Source: Antedon mediterranea (lineage: Eukaryota > Animalia > Echinodermata). From it: a stretch of 64,000 nucleotides of DNA. Of this stretch, positions 24,901 to 39,200 are shown piece by piece; the stretch's first letter is position 1, and the number at the start of each line of letters is the position of its first letter. The stretch is from the NCBI RefSeq assembly GCF_964355755.1, contig NC_092673.1, positions 32,299,648 through 32,363,647 of the forward strand, read 5' to 3'. The notes under the pieces were generated by a model. That model saw only the letters and a program-made list of their open reading frames with translations, was not told the DNA's origin and ran no database searches. The translations under genes were made by a program, and so were the position numbers.

Positions 24901-27900
24901 GATAGGAATGGACAGACTAAGATAGGAATGGACAGACTAAGATAGGAATGGACAGACTAAGATAGGAATGGACAGACTACGACAAGAATGGACAGACTAA
25001 GATAGGAATGGATGGACAGACTAAGATAATGGACAGACTAAGATAGGAATGGATGGACAGACTAAGATAATGGACAGACTAAGATAGGAATGGATGGACA
25101 GACTAAGATAATGGACAGACTAAGATAGGAATTGATGGACAGACTAAGATAATGGACAGACTAAGATAGGAATGGATGGACAGACTAAGATAATGGACAG
25201 ACTAAGATAGGAATGGATGGACAGACTAAGATAGGAATGGACAGACTAAGATAGGAATGGACAGACTACGACAAGAATGGACAGACTAAGATAGGAATGG
25301 ATGGACAGACTAAGATAATGGACAGACTAAGATAGGAATGGATGGACAGACTAAGATAGGAATGGACAGACTAAGATAGGAATGGACAGACTACGACAAG
25401 AATGGACAGACTAAGATAGGAATGGATGGACAGACTAAGATAATGGACAGACTAAGATAGGAATGGATGGACAGACTAAGATAGGAATGGACAGACTACG
25501 ATAAGAATGGACAGACTAAGATAGGAATGGATGGACAGACTAAGATAATGGACAGACTAAGATAGGAATGGATGGACAGACTAAGATAGGAATGGACAGA
25601 CTAAGATAGGAATGGATGGACTAAGATAGGAATGGACAGACTAAGATAGGAATGGACAGACTAAGATAGGAATGGACAGACTAAGATAGGAATGGACAGA
25701 CTAAGATAGGAATGGACAGACTAAGATAGGAATGAATGGACAGACTAAGATAGGAATGGACAGACTAAGATAGGAATGGACAGACTAATATAGGAATGGA
25801 CAGACTAAGATAGGAATGGACAGACTAAGATAGGAATGGACAGACTAAGATAGGAATGGATAGACTACGACAAGAATGGACAGACTAAGATAGGAATGGA
25901 CAGACTAAGATAGGAATGGACAGACTAAGATAGGAATGGACAGACTAAGATAGGAATGGACAGACTAAGATAGGAATGGACAGACTACGACAAGAATGGA
26001 CAGACTAAGATAGGAATGGATGGACAGACTAAGATAATGGACAGACTAAGATAGGAATGGATGGACAGACTAAGATAATGGACAGACTAAGATAGGAATG
26101 GATGGACAGACTAAGATAATGGACAGACTAAGATAGGAATGGATGGACAGACTAAGATAATGGACAGACTAAGATAGGAATGGATGGACAGACTAAGATA
26201 ATGGACAGACTAAGATAGGAATGGATGGACAGACTAAGATAGGAATGGACAGACTAAGATAGGAATGGACAGACTACGACAAGAATGGACAGACTAAGAT
26301 AGGAATGGATGGACAGACTAAGATAATGGACAGACTAAGATAGGAATGGATGGACAGACTAAGATAGGAATGGACAGACTACGATAAGAATGGACAGACT
26401 AAGATAGGAATGGATGGACAGACTAAGATAATGGACAGACTAAGATAGGAATGGATGGACAGACTAAGATAGGAATGGACAGACTAAGATAGGAATGGAT
26501 GGACTAAGATAGGAATGGACAGACTAAGATAGGAATGGACAGACTAAGATAGGAATGGACAGACTACGATAAGAATGGACAGACTAAGATAGGAATGGAT
26601 GGACAGACTAAGATAATGGACAGACTAAGATAGGAATGGATGGACAGACTAAGATAGGAATGGACAGACTAAGATAGGAATGGATGGACTAAGATAGGAA
26701 TGGACAGACTAAGATAGGAATGGACAGACTAAGATAGGAATGGACAGACTAAGATAGGAATGAATGGACAGACTAAGATAGGAATGGATGGACAGACTAC
26801 GATAAGAATGGACAGACTAAGATAGGAATGGATGGACTAAGATAGGAATGGACAGACTAAGATAGGAATGGATGGACAGACTAAGATAGGAATGGACAGA
26901 CTAAGATAGGAATGGACAGACTAAGATAGGAATGGACAGACTAAGATAGGAATGGATGGACTAAGATAGGAATGGACAGACTAAGATAGGAATGGATGGA
27001 CTAAGATAGGAATGGACAGACTAAGATAGGAATGAATGGACAGACTAAGATAGGAATGGACAGACTAAGATAGGAATGGACAGACTAAGATAGGAATGAA
27101 TGGACAGACTAAGATAGGAATGGACAGACTAAGATAGGAATGGACAGACTAAGATAGGAATGGACAGACTAAGATAGGAATGGATGGACTAAGATAGGAA
27201 TGGACAGACTAAGATAGGAATGAATGGACAGACTAAGATAGGAATGGACAGACTAAGATAGGAATGGACAGACTAAGATAGGAATGAATGGACAGACTAA
27301 GATAGGAATGGACAGACTAAGATAGGAATGGACAGACTAAGATAGGAATGGACAGACATATTGACAGACTTGTGCTAAGGTGAGGAGCATCTACTAAAGC
27401 CTAAGCCTCATAGATAGATTCCAGTAAAGACTATGAGCTGGTGCAACACACCAGGGTAAGTGGTCTGTTGTTGAGATGCTTGTGTTTGTATCCGTGGTCT
27501 ATTCATAATGAGGAGGTTCGATGATATTGATTATAACATTATTTCATTTATTGTATAATTAATCAACAGGGTGAATGTGTGCAAACAATAAAGACAAAAG
27601 GCATTTATGCGAACTCTACACTGCCGTACTTTGAGAAAAGGCATTATCTACATTTTTTTCGAAATTGAGATTTTTGTCTTATTTGATTCTTAAGGGCATA
27701 ACTTAACATCTGAATTGAGCATACATGGCATATTTTTGTTTGATGTTCTTCTCAAGACTATACATTTAGAAATAGAATATTATTTGTATGTTTTTTATAA
27801 TAAACAAAAACGTGTTTTGCTCATTTACTCAAAAGTAGCTTTTTGTAGATAATGCCTTTTCTCTAAGTATGGCAGTACAGTACTCTAGATAACTTTCAAC

Positions 27901-30900
27901 AGTCATTTAGGTTTTATTTTGTGACAGCTGTAGATGCACAGTACAGTAAAATAGATTTGGACTGTATAGCTTATATTAGTTTCAGCGACAACAACTTTTG
28001 CAATTTTGTAGATTGGATGATACCAATTATAGTATAGTGCCTACAAGTTGTGTTGTGTTTACTTCTTTTAAACAGTTATTTCCTCAAATATATAAGTCAG
28101 TTCCTTATTCATGTCCTGTTTTCTTTGACAGTAGCACCATTAAAATGTATTTATAGGATAATCGATTAATCTTAAGCAGTCTTATCTTACGAGTTATTTT
28201 TATCCTCGTTTAACAATTACAAGGAACATCCTCGTATTCTCTTAGTACCCTTTAACAACACCAAATATCTCTTGAATGGTTTCACAATCCTGTCTGTATT
28301 ATATTTAGGCCTACAATGGTTTCCTGGTTTGTCATTACGGAATCCCCCTAAAACTGTTGTGGTTTGTGACTAACATTAACGTTTGCATTTATGATTGCGT
28401 AACAGCCTGGAATTTCCATTTAGAAATACAGTGAATGCAGCCAGCCTTTGCCTTTGTATACAGAATAGCTAATTATCTGCGCTGTATCTATAATTTCTCG
28501 GGTATCATAGGTAAATTATGTAATACCGCGTCACATATGCATCACATGTGACGCCAAATAATTCCATAAAGTAGACATTGCAGAGAATGTGAACTTATGA
28601 CATGCCGCAAGCGTTCTAGTGTAGCCACATGTGTATTGAACCCTGTCCAAATATTAGGCCTACCGTACAATATTTTCATATTCCCAGAACGGTAATAAAC
28701 ATTACATCTCATTATACATCCATCAATAGAGTTTAAAATCTAATTATATTGATGCCAACCAACTAGAACAATTAGAGACAATTCAAAATGCTGATTCACA
28801 TAATTTTTTTAACGAAGCGCACCGTTATTGGCCGTATGCTATACGCACAAAGTAAAGATACTAAAGGTCAATTTACACAGCTAAGAAAAGCCCGCTATAC
28901 GGGCCGCTAATGCGTTGGTCCCCTCGAAACAAATTGTAAATGTTGTCTGTCATTTTTGTATAATAGTATAATACTCAACGGAGCTATAAATTCGAACTGC
29001 CACGCTTGTTGCTATGGTTAAGGACGCTACTTTTGAGAAACACACACAGAGAAGCAATCCGGTTTGAATTAGATGAACCAGTTGAAATGTTAAACTTAGA
29101 TGTACATCATAAAATACAAATCTTGGAAATGAATGTTTTCAATATTTAGAATACTTTTTTCGAGGATTTTTGGGAGTAGTTGTTCAAATGCCTCTCAATT
29201 TGTCTTTCGTATGTCCTTTTTGTAATTGTTTGAGGTTTTGAATTGAATAAGGGTAATAATCTTAAAGCTCTGACTAGCTCAAACTAGTGACAAAAAGTGT
29301 GATGTGCCCAAATATGGTAGTGATATGCCCAAATAATATGAAGAATATTTTTTATACTATACTTTGGATCTTGATTTGAGGAATATTTCTTGTCATAATT
29401 GCTGTTATTCCAACGACTATTGTTTTTGATTAGGTCCACTGACAAAATGTATTCATCATATTTTGTACATACGGTACTTACCGTATGTTGTTTTAGGCCT
29501 GTCATTTCTTTAGCTTTTTTTATTTTGTAGGAATCATAATAAACAATCTCCCTGTTGTGTTCTGGTGTGATTGCGTTAGTTGTTAAATAATGGAGGTATA
29601 AATACCTCCATTATTACATTCAGTAATATTATTCCTACGGTTATTCCAAGGATATCCATTGTTCTAATGTTAGATAACGTCCGTTGTTTTGTGAATCCAC
29701 TATTATTTTTAGAGTTATACAATAATAGATGTTCCGATATTAGTTGTGAAGTGAAGCTGATACTTGTCGAATCATGGGCTCTACATCATAAAACGAATTC
29801 AGAGAATTTTTTCATCAGGTAGACCTACTATCATACCGGTAATTGTTATTATTCCAAGGACCATTGTGAGATGATCTGTATCCGTTGTTGATTTAGGCAT
29901 GGCCAGTTTCTCATTGTAACTTCGCAAATTTAGAAAACATTCAAGTAATGAGATCAATATACAAAAATAAAACATTAATTTTAAAGAAAGATCAAAAATA
30001 TAATTTCTTGACAGAGCACACATGACGTCCGCATTTTTACTTATCTTGTATGGGAGGCTCCATTTATTTATTGTACCAGAATAAAAAATATATATTTTAA
30101 ACATTAAATCCTAATATGATATTATTAATAAATCAATAAATGTAGTCAAATAATGGTGTTTAAATGTGTCTTTTATAGATTGTTGGGAACAGTATCGCGA
30201 TTTTATGACCCTGATCGTCACCAAACGACCTCAGGTTCATATTATTATACAGTATTTTTTATATTTTTGGAATTCAGCCAATTACCAATAACATTTGCAG
30301 TATATAACGTTGGACTTGGTTGAAGTAGTAGATGAAGTTGTAGACGTATTAGTGTGTCCATGGTAGGCAGGTGGGCTTCTCCTACATCCCCAGAGCAACT
30401 GTCGCACCATGTGATGGATGTATACGTAAATGCGCAATGTACTTAAAAATAAGTTCGGCCTAGTGCGTTTTTTTGTAATGCATATAGTGGCCTACCGTAG
30501 CGTACTTTGTTCATTTTAAGTACAAATCACAATTTAAGTATCGTATTAATTGACGCGAACCTATCAAATAAAACGCGATAGTTTACGCATTCAACGCGTG
30601 CAAGTCTATATTTGCGAGGTAAATTCAATTCGTCGCCTCCCATTGCTGCACCGGTGTCTATTATTTGAGCTCACCCTGGAGTTACATGCATGTTTTGTTT
30701 ATACTTTAACATTGTTAAAGAAAATAAACAATCGTGCTATACATGAAGGTGTGTACAAAAAGCAGCCAATTTATATAAAATCAAAACCAATCACTAACTA
30801 TATTATACTCAATTTAAAAGGGTGTTTCAAAATTATATAGGAATCTCAATTTGGAGTTGAACACAAAATGTGGTCAGTCACATGCATCAAAGAATACAGA

Positions 30901-33900
30901 GCTTTTATTGTTATGATGATATACACAACAAATGACATGACAGATGAAAACCCATCACGGACCTTGCCGTAAGCTAGATGTATACCCTTTATTTCGTGAA
31001 TTATTACGATAAAAATGAAACATTATTACGTAAATCAATTTTTGCCATGAAAAATCATTTCCGAATTATTGTTACGGTGCTTTTCATTGTGTAAATAGTT
31101 AAAGCAGGATTAAAGGACCCGGAAAGGAGTGTCGTCGTATGAGCGAATTAAGCCTGAATAAAAATACACTCTTTTGTACAAATGATGTTCAACAACCATT
31201 ATCTACGTAACACATTAATCGGACGCATGCTTTCTGTAACAATCAACAGCATTATTATGGTATCTGCAAAAACGATCAAGGCCGGCTCCATATTGAGGCA
31301 CGATCCACAAACAGAAGTTGTACTCGCCTTGTCTCATAAAAATGAAAAACGATGGAAATTATATTTGTCCTTTCTCCATTATGCCTACGAAGTTATATTA
31401 ATAATAAATACACGTGCATGAATATTGCATATCTTTAATTCATATTCATGACGTCACGAAATTATTGAATCGTATAAAAATTTTATGTCTTATCGTTTAC
31501 TATACTAGGATGGGTTTAGTTCGTACGCCCTACTATAGCTTCAGATAGATAAGGCCTTTGTCGAAATTAATGGATGATTTGCTCTGTCCTTTTGGAACAT
31601 GTTTAGTTCCGTATTGATTGACGATGGCATCAAATTATTTTGAAATATCATTATAAGAATGTAAAAACTTTTGCTTTTTGTTTCTTGAAATCCTTTCGTA
31701 GCAGGCTGATGTCGAAATATCGTATTGGTAAATATTATAGGCCTATTCATTGTTTTGAATACTTCCTAAGTTGATTCTGTTCTTTCGGTTTCATATTATT
31801 ATTAATAAATATTTTATATATTAATAAAATGCTTTTGTTGAATGATACGGGCCATTAACATAGAAATATTGCACTTATTTTTTCCCGTTTCAATAAATAT
31901 CTAACTTAATTTCCTGGTTCAACGGTACTATTGTTGGAGTGAAGAGCTACCAGAACGGTTAATAGACCTAATAATAACAGTTTCTATCACCAAAATGACT
32001 CTTGAATATGACGTAGGCCTACCCAGTAGAATTGTACGTCAATAGTCAAACAATTTAACAGGACAGCTGAGCGCGCCTTGACAAGATAGGAACAGTCCTT
32101 TGATCTTATGTCTGGCTGCGACAAATACCAACAATACACTTTACAATGTATATTCTGTCGCAGCCACAGATAAACCCTTTGATCTTCGCAGCTCAGCATC
32201 CTGTTGTTAGATTACATTGCTTCAATCAAGGCAATTTAGATTACCTGGCTTCAATACTGAATTTCCAGATTTTGTTATTACATTTCTTAATATTAGATTT
32301 TGATTAGATAGGCCTACAATCAGAATATGTTGGTGCCCGCAGTTCTCCGACATAGGCCTAATCTGTTATTTTAATGAGACTGTATCTGCTTTAGATATTA
32401 AGCGCATATTTTTCATCAACCAATTTATAAATACAATATGGTATTATATTGAAGGACAGATGGCAGTTATTCGCTGAGCTGTAGGACACACATGCTATCT
32501 GTAGGCCTAGGCCTACTAATGATTAACAAATTGATCAAAACTAACACGCGGGCCGCGCCGCAACTCATTTGCGAGTAGCCTTCCCGTCTAACTTCGTGTA
32601 GTAATATTAATATAGGCCTAGCATATCGTGTATCTTGTAATATAATCATTAAATAAAGTTTCGTTCATGGTATATACACACAACAAGATAATTATCTATT
32701 CAGATACCTAGACATGGAAAATTGGGATGTAACTGGTTGTTACTGTTGAGCGACTTGAAATACTTTTCTACGTTAGAGGCCTATTGAGTAAGTTACTCAT
32801 GAAAATTGGATTATATAGGATATAACCGGGGATATAACTTTGTGAATCTCAATTAGCACAACAAGTTATCTCTAATTCCTCGTTTCCTCTTATAGTCACA
32901 TTGATAAATCATGTATCATTATTATCTTGTCATCAGAAAAAATTGGTTCGATGTGTCACGTGCATCCCCAGGGCCTCTTCAGCAACTATGGAACAATACA
33001 TTTAGACCAAAGTGCGTCACATGCTACCCCCCCCCCCCCCCCACACACACACACATGGGAGTGAAATTACGTAATTTCACTCTTTCTGTGGCTTATAAGT
33101 AGGCCTATACCTTCAATATTTTTTTAAAAAGAAAATTTTAAGCCTCAAAACACTTTGAGATGTAAAATGATACAGGGCCGGAATAATTTATTTTTACAGC
33201 TCCCTTGATTAAGGTTCCCGCCCCCCGCCCTACTTTAAAATTAATAATATACACAAGCTCGGATGATGCAAATAAAAATTTATAATAATAACACTTCCCG
33301 GTTCCGTATTGCGAGTTAATAATTAAAAAGCCAAGGCTTTTATAATAATAACAAAGTGAGGTATTTCTGATTATTTAAACTTGAACCAAATAATAGGCTC
33401 TCCACGTGATGCATCGAAAACTACAAAAACACAATTTATTATCAAAAGTGAAAATATTCACGCTCTGTTTATTAGTAAAGCAGGCCGTATCAATTTCGAT
33501 AATTTTATACCTCTTATAGTACAAAACATATGGGAGGAAGTGCGAATAAATTGGAAATTGCTGTATATGATAGTTAAGGGGCCGGATAATGATAGATAGA
33601 TAGACTTTAAAAATATTATTTATTGGACATTTAAACGCGTTCGTCTTCTACTAGGCCTATAGTTTTATAATTAGAGAACCTTAAAACGAATTTCAAAGGG
33701 ATCGAGGTCTAACTTAAAACGAACCAACCCGAACCGTAGGATTTTAGCACGATTTTAATGTGTCTAACTATAATGGTAAACATATTTTCATGGTTGCATT
33801 TAATAACGTTCTGAAACACAGTTTTTTTTTCTTGTATATACATTTAACACGTAATAATACATTGCATAGTTCTGTGTTGTCGTTTATTAAAAGCATTCCC

Positions 33901-34098
33901 CGAAGTCGACATGACTAACCCATCCTGTATCCGATGACTCGACCATCACACTACAGCTTGCGACCGTAGGAATTAAAGTCACCCTTCACTTCCAAAAATA
34001 TACAAAGAAAAAAAAGATATTATGGTAATTTTGGATAAAATATACAATTGCAATGTCTTACCTTGGTAGTCAGCTTTGTCCAGCACAGTAGACGGCAT
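18985..34098 (-). CDS. AIF1: Allograft inflammatory factor 1 (AIF1/Iba1/AIF1L)-like EF-hand protein, 151 aa
   Basis: Exons 34098-34062, 21763-21702, 21327-21261, 20494-20453, 19997-19835, 19069-18985 (456 nt). Protein reads MPSTVLDKADYQGGRKWGDVKKEQAKKIDTINQ...FIEYDTDDSGDLDPTDVAYMLEKLG...EIKKMIAQVDLDGSGTINYHEYVQMMLGKKNSILRIILMFEEKSKEKPGPSGPPSVKKIEDLP, matching AIF1-family motifs. Confidence 0.92.
19694..19824. mobile_element. MITE family A
   Basis: TIR and TTA target duplication. Ends about 10 bp from the AIF1 exon 5 donor. Confidence 0.8.
21509..21649. mobile_element. MITE family B, degenerate
   Basis: AGCTTGATACCA...AGTGGGAACCACGC with ACGCAACGTAAG and GACCAATGA/TGATTGGTCAA internal motifs shared with 57439-57600. 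Confidence 0.6.
22177..27357. repeat. 5.2-kb satellite, 20-bp unit GGAATGGACAGACTAAGATA
   Basis: About 250 near-perfect units with recurrent variants (+TGGA, +TGAA, CTACGACAAG). Lies in AIF1 intron 1. Confidence 0.98.
27619..27877. mobile_element. MITE with about 34-bp imperfect TIRs
   Basis: CACTGCCGTACTTTGAGAAAAGGCATTATCTACA ... TGTAGATAATGCCTTTTCTCTAAGTATGGCAGT, with TA on the left flank. Confidence 0.75.
29266..29336. mobile_element. MITE family A fragment
   Basis: GTGTGATGTGCCCAAATATGGTAGTGATATG core of family A, truncated. Confidence 0.6.
32050..32210. mobile_element. MITE family C
   Basis: Reverse-complement copy of 14890-15089 (TTTGATCTTATGTCTGGCTGCGACA...CAGCCACAGATAAACC). Confidence 0.7.
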
Positions 34099-36250
34099 TG
34101 TATTTGATGAAAGACTTTTTTTTCTCTCTGGTGATCTGAGAACTACCGCGAAAACTGATGTTAAAGATCGTCTGACCACAAATATCAGAAAACCTGTTGA
34201 TTTTATTCGTTCACACACGGAAGTAGCAAGCTAATCCGGTTGTGAACAAGGGATGTGTGCGATGTTTTTGCGTTTGTTTTGATTTTCTTCCTGATAGCAG
34301 AATGGTTGTAAAAAAAACCCTTTCCGCTTTTAGACTCTACCACTTAGATACTTAGGGGGGTGTTTCGGTTTAAAACTATACAGTGATTTTGCTATGTAGG
34401 ATATTATTCCTCAGAGAGTTTTGGTGGATATTTATCGTGCAAATTCTTTACAACTCCAAAGTATATTAAATACTATTATTAATAACACTTTTTTGAAAAC
34501 ACATTGTTTATATAGATTATAATAAATTACCGTAGTTTTTGTTTATTTTTTGAATAAAATACACGCACACGTACAATTTAGTAAACGTAAATAATAAAAA
34601 CATGTCTATCGCCCTCTATTGTCACATCAAAAGACAGTGCTCGCTTATTGACGTAACAGTTTTAAAGATATATATATTGTCCCTCTGAAAAATATTTTTT
34701 ATTTCAAATTTGTGTTTGAATGTGTCATTTTATTGTCACATAATAGTTATTTTACCTGAAAAAAATGTAATTGTCTGTCAGACAATGGTTTTTGAGTTAT
34801 AATTAAACGTTTCTTTTCTTTTTTTATGTGTGAACAAATATTATTTTTTTGTTACAGAGTCTGTGTTTCATATCAGTCACTTTAGTTTATTTTATTGCTA
34901 AGGTCAAGTCTGGTGGTCACTTCATCATGCCTAGATAGTTCATTCAAGTGTGAAGTATCATCTGACAGTGAATTATATAATATCATGGGACTCATAAATA
35001 CCACAAATGCTTTGGGATTTGTCATTCAACTGTTAGACTCTTTTCCAGACGTTTTTTGGTGGTACCTATAAATGAAAGTCGAGTATACATTTTAGCAAAA
35101 CTGTCAACCTTAGATATACTGCTGCTTTACTTTCGATTTTTTAATGAGTCATCCTCCTGGGACGTAGCGGGCTAAAGCAGCAGCGTGAAAACCTCATAAA
35201 AACTATGAAGGTAATGATTTGTAAAATTAATCAAATAAAAATTGCAAAATGTAGTTATACAAGTAGCTGAATAATAATTTATTTAAAATGTTAAAATCAC
35301 AGCATAAATAATATAGTGCCAAGTATATGTCTTGTTCTTACCTATAAAAATACTATGTACAAAATTATAACAAAGAAAAACTTTAGAATATATAAAACAA
35401 AATTATCTTCATAATTGCACTTTCATATATTTGCAATTTAAGGTAATAATTTCATTATATACACATTTGTAGATTATTAAAATAATTATATATAATTGAA
35501 TACAAAAGTTGATTACAAATTCAGGGAAGTCGCTCTTACCTGACAGATTTAAGAAAAAAGGCTTTTACAGCATATGCACACAGCTGCATTAATAAATATC
35601 ATACCTCCATACCGGGACCATTTGTATTCATTTAGCAGATAGACACATGCATTTACTGCATCATTTAGCCTGAAGAAAGTGTTGCTACTAACTTAAATAC
35701 TCTCTGGCTAACAATCAAATACTCTTGAATACCATAAGAAAGCTGTATTTTAAGTGGAAAGCACCTCATATCTACAGGTTTAAAAATCAACCATGTTATA
35801 AACCGTCTAAACATGTCAGGTTGACATTCCGAAGAATTCATAGCAGTGGCGAATTGGCTAGAGCACTCATTGGCTAAACACAGGGCCCTATAGCTTAAGG
35901 GGCCTCAGACATGGGCAGCCCAATGCAACCCAGCGTTGAAGGGCTTTGATTTGTCTCAAAACTGTGAATAAGTACTGTTTGTGTAGGGAAATACATGAAT
36001 TGCAAATGATTATGGATACATGGAGAAACGGGAAGGAACCGGTGGGAATAAGATATGAAACAAGCAGTCGTCTTGGGACCGTGGTACTTACTGCCTCTGC
36101 TATAGCTAGGAAATCCGAAAATTCAGAATCTTTATTGCAATCTCCCTCTTTACATTTTAAGTATCGTTTGCTGGTTTGTCCGGTGCTTGACCAGTGACTT
36201 AGAAAACCATTCTACCTGATAACATGTTAAAGTTTCTTGTGCATGTGTCT

Positions 36251-39200
36251 TTAGCTCGTAAGGTCCTCATACTTAGTTGCTAGTTCATTTTCTGCATTGA
36301 ACCGACGCACAGAAAACAAAACATTTTTCCATTTTGCAACCTTACCATTTGAGTCTATGACCAGATCTGAAGTCTCAAACATAGGGCCATCTAACACATC
36401 CTAACAAAAAAAAATTAAACACATGTTGAATTAATGTACAGTAGAACACCTATTAAAGGGACACATATCAAAGGACACCTATTATTAAGGGACACAAATT
36501 AAAGATACACCTCTATTAAAGGGACACATATCAAAGGACACCTATTAAAGGGACACAAATTAAAGATACACCTCTATTAAAGGGACACATATCAAAGGAC
36601 ACCTATTAAAGGGACACATATCAAAGGACACCTATTATTAAGGGACACAAATTAAAGATACACCTCTATTAAAGGGACACATATCAAAGGACACCTATTA
36701 TTAAGGGACACAAATTAAAGATACACCTCTATTAAAGGGACACATATCAAAGGACACCTATTATTAAGGGACACAAATTAAAGATACACCTCTATTAAAG
36801 GGATACATATCAAAGGACACCTATTAAAGGGACACAAATTAAAGATACACCTCTATTAAAGGGATACATATCAAAGGACACCTATTAAAGGGACACAAAT
36901 TAAAGATACACCTCTATTAAAGGGACACATATCAAAGGACACCTATTAAAGGGACACAAATTAAAGATACACCCCTATTAAAGGGACACATATCAAAGGA
37001 CACCTATTATTAAGGGACACAAATTAAAGATACACCTCTATTAAAGGGACACATATCAAAGGACACCTATTAAAGGGACACATATCAAAGGACACCTATT
37101 ATTAAGGGACACAAATTAAAGATACACCTCTATTAAAGGGACACATATCAAAGGACACCTATTATTAAGGGACACAAATTAAAGATACACCTCTATTAAA
37201 GGGACACATATCAAAGGACACCTATTAAAGGGACACATATCAAAGGACACCTATTATTAAGGGACACAAATTAAAGATACACCTCTATTAAAGGGACACA
37301 TATCAAAGGACACCTACTATTAAGGGACACAAATTAAAGATACACCTCTATTAAAGGGATACTTTTGTGTCACGAACAAGGGGCTGTATACTGTATTATA
37401 TTTCAACACTATGGCCAACACCTAATAAGGGGACAATTCAAGTCTAGCACTGCACAACACCTTTTTCATAATTTACAATAGGTATTACTGATTAAATCTT
37501 CAATTTACCTGTAAATGTTTAATTAGTTCCATAAGGACAGCCAACATGTAATGCGCTTCTACTGTCTCTACTGATAAGGTACTGTAACTATCCTCACTAG
37601 GTGAGTACACTTCAAATTCAATTCTCTTTTCGTCTTCTACACGTGTCCAACTGAAATTCATTAAACAACCCAAACAGATATAGCAAGTGCTGACTAAGGT
37701 TATGACCTTTAAACCAACCAATACGTAAATTCACATAACTTTATTATGTTCTTTTTAAGGTTGTTAAGTTTATCAACTATGGCTGACAACAAGTTACTCC
37801 ATTTTCTTTATTAAATTATGTTCTATTGCAGGAGTCATCATTTGGTAAGTATATTAGAGTATCTAGCCTACCTTAATATTTTTCTCCATGATATAAGATA
37901 GTCTGCATTGTCGATACGTAACCTTATTCCTCTATCAAACAAAACAACTGAAAAAGTTGTTCCTGGTCTCAGCTGAAAAGACAACACAAACATTAAATCA
38001 TCATTGGTGATGTACATCACTTATGTTGGTGAGCCCTCTATTTGTTAATGTTTTTCTGTTGACACAAATATAAACAACATATTTAAACTAACTTGAAGTG
38101 ACTTTATCTTGACCTCTTGACTAACGTCACAACCTTTGAACTCAACTGCAAAATAGTCGTCAATTTCTTGACATATACTAAGATATTGATGATACGTCTC
38201 TGATTTTGGGATAATTAATTCTGAAAAAGAATAAACTTATTGTCATGCTGGAAATACATAAGAATTAATACTTGTTTCCATTTGATATTATTGATGATGC
38301 TATACCTTCAAGCTTAGATTTAGTACTATCATCTGGTTGTAGCTTTCCAGTACCAATGTCATGTTTGGCTTGATGGTATAAAAGAGGCAGAGCACCCTCT
38401 ATTTCCATGAGTTCTTTTTCATCTTCTAGATCAAAGCACCATTTTCTAAGTGCCAATCCTGTGACAAAATATAACATTTTCCAGTTAAATTAATTTTCAA
38501 TTAAAGTTAATAATTTATAACAAAAATAGCACTTTCCACTTCAGGTTATGCTCCACCTACTTTTTCAGGTTAAGCTCCACCTACTTTTCAGGTTAAGCTC
38601 CACCTACTTTTCAGGTTAAGCTCCACCTACTTTTCAGGTTAAGCTCCATCTACTTTTTCAGGTTAAGCTTCACCTATTTTTCAGGTTAAACTCCACCTAC
38701 TTTTCAGGCCGAGTTCCGGCTACTTTTTAGTTAAAGCTTCAGTTACTTTTCAGGTTAAGCTCCACCTACTTTTCAGGCCGAGTTCCGGCTACTTTTTAGT
38801 TAAAGCTTCAGTTACTTTTCAGGTTAAGCTCCACCTACTTTTCAGGCCGAGTTCCGGCTACTTTTTAGTTAAAGCTTCAGTTACTTTTCAGGTTAAGCTC
38901 CACCTACTTTTCAGGCCGAGTTCCGGCTACTTTTTAGTTAAAGCTTCAGTTACTTTTCAGGTTAAGCTCCACCTACTTTTCAGGCCGAGTTCCGGCTACT
39001 TTTTAGTTAAAGCTTCAGCTACTTTTCAGGTTAAGCTCCACCCACTGCCAATCAGGTGTTATAAATGAAAAAGCTTTAGATAGTGTTGTTACAGGAAAGC
39101 CTCTACCACAATACATTTTAGTGACAGGAATATAAATTAATAAACAGAAATTTATTTAATTTATTTGTAATTAAACATTATTATTATTAATAAGAACCTA

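Noticed and set aside
22177-27357. CRISPR-like or telomeric array, or repeat-encoded protein
   Set aside because: No unique spacers, the unit is not TTAGGG-like, and the 20-bp unit puts stops in all frames.
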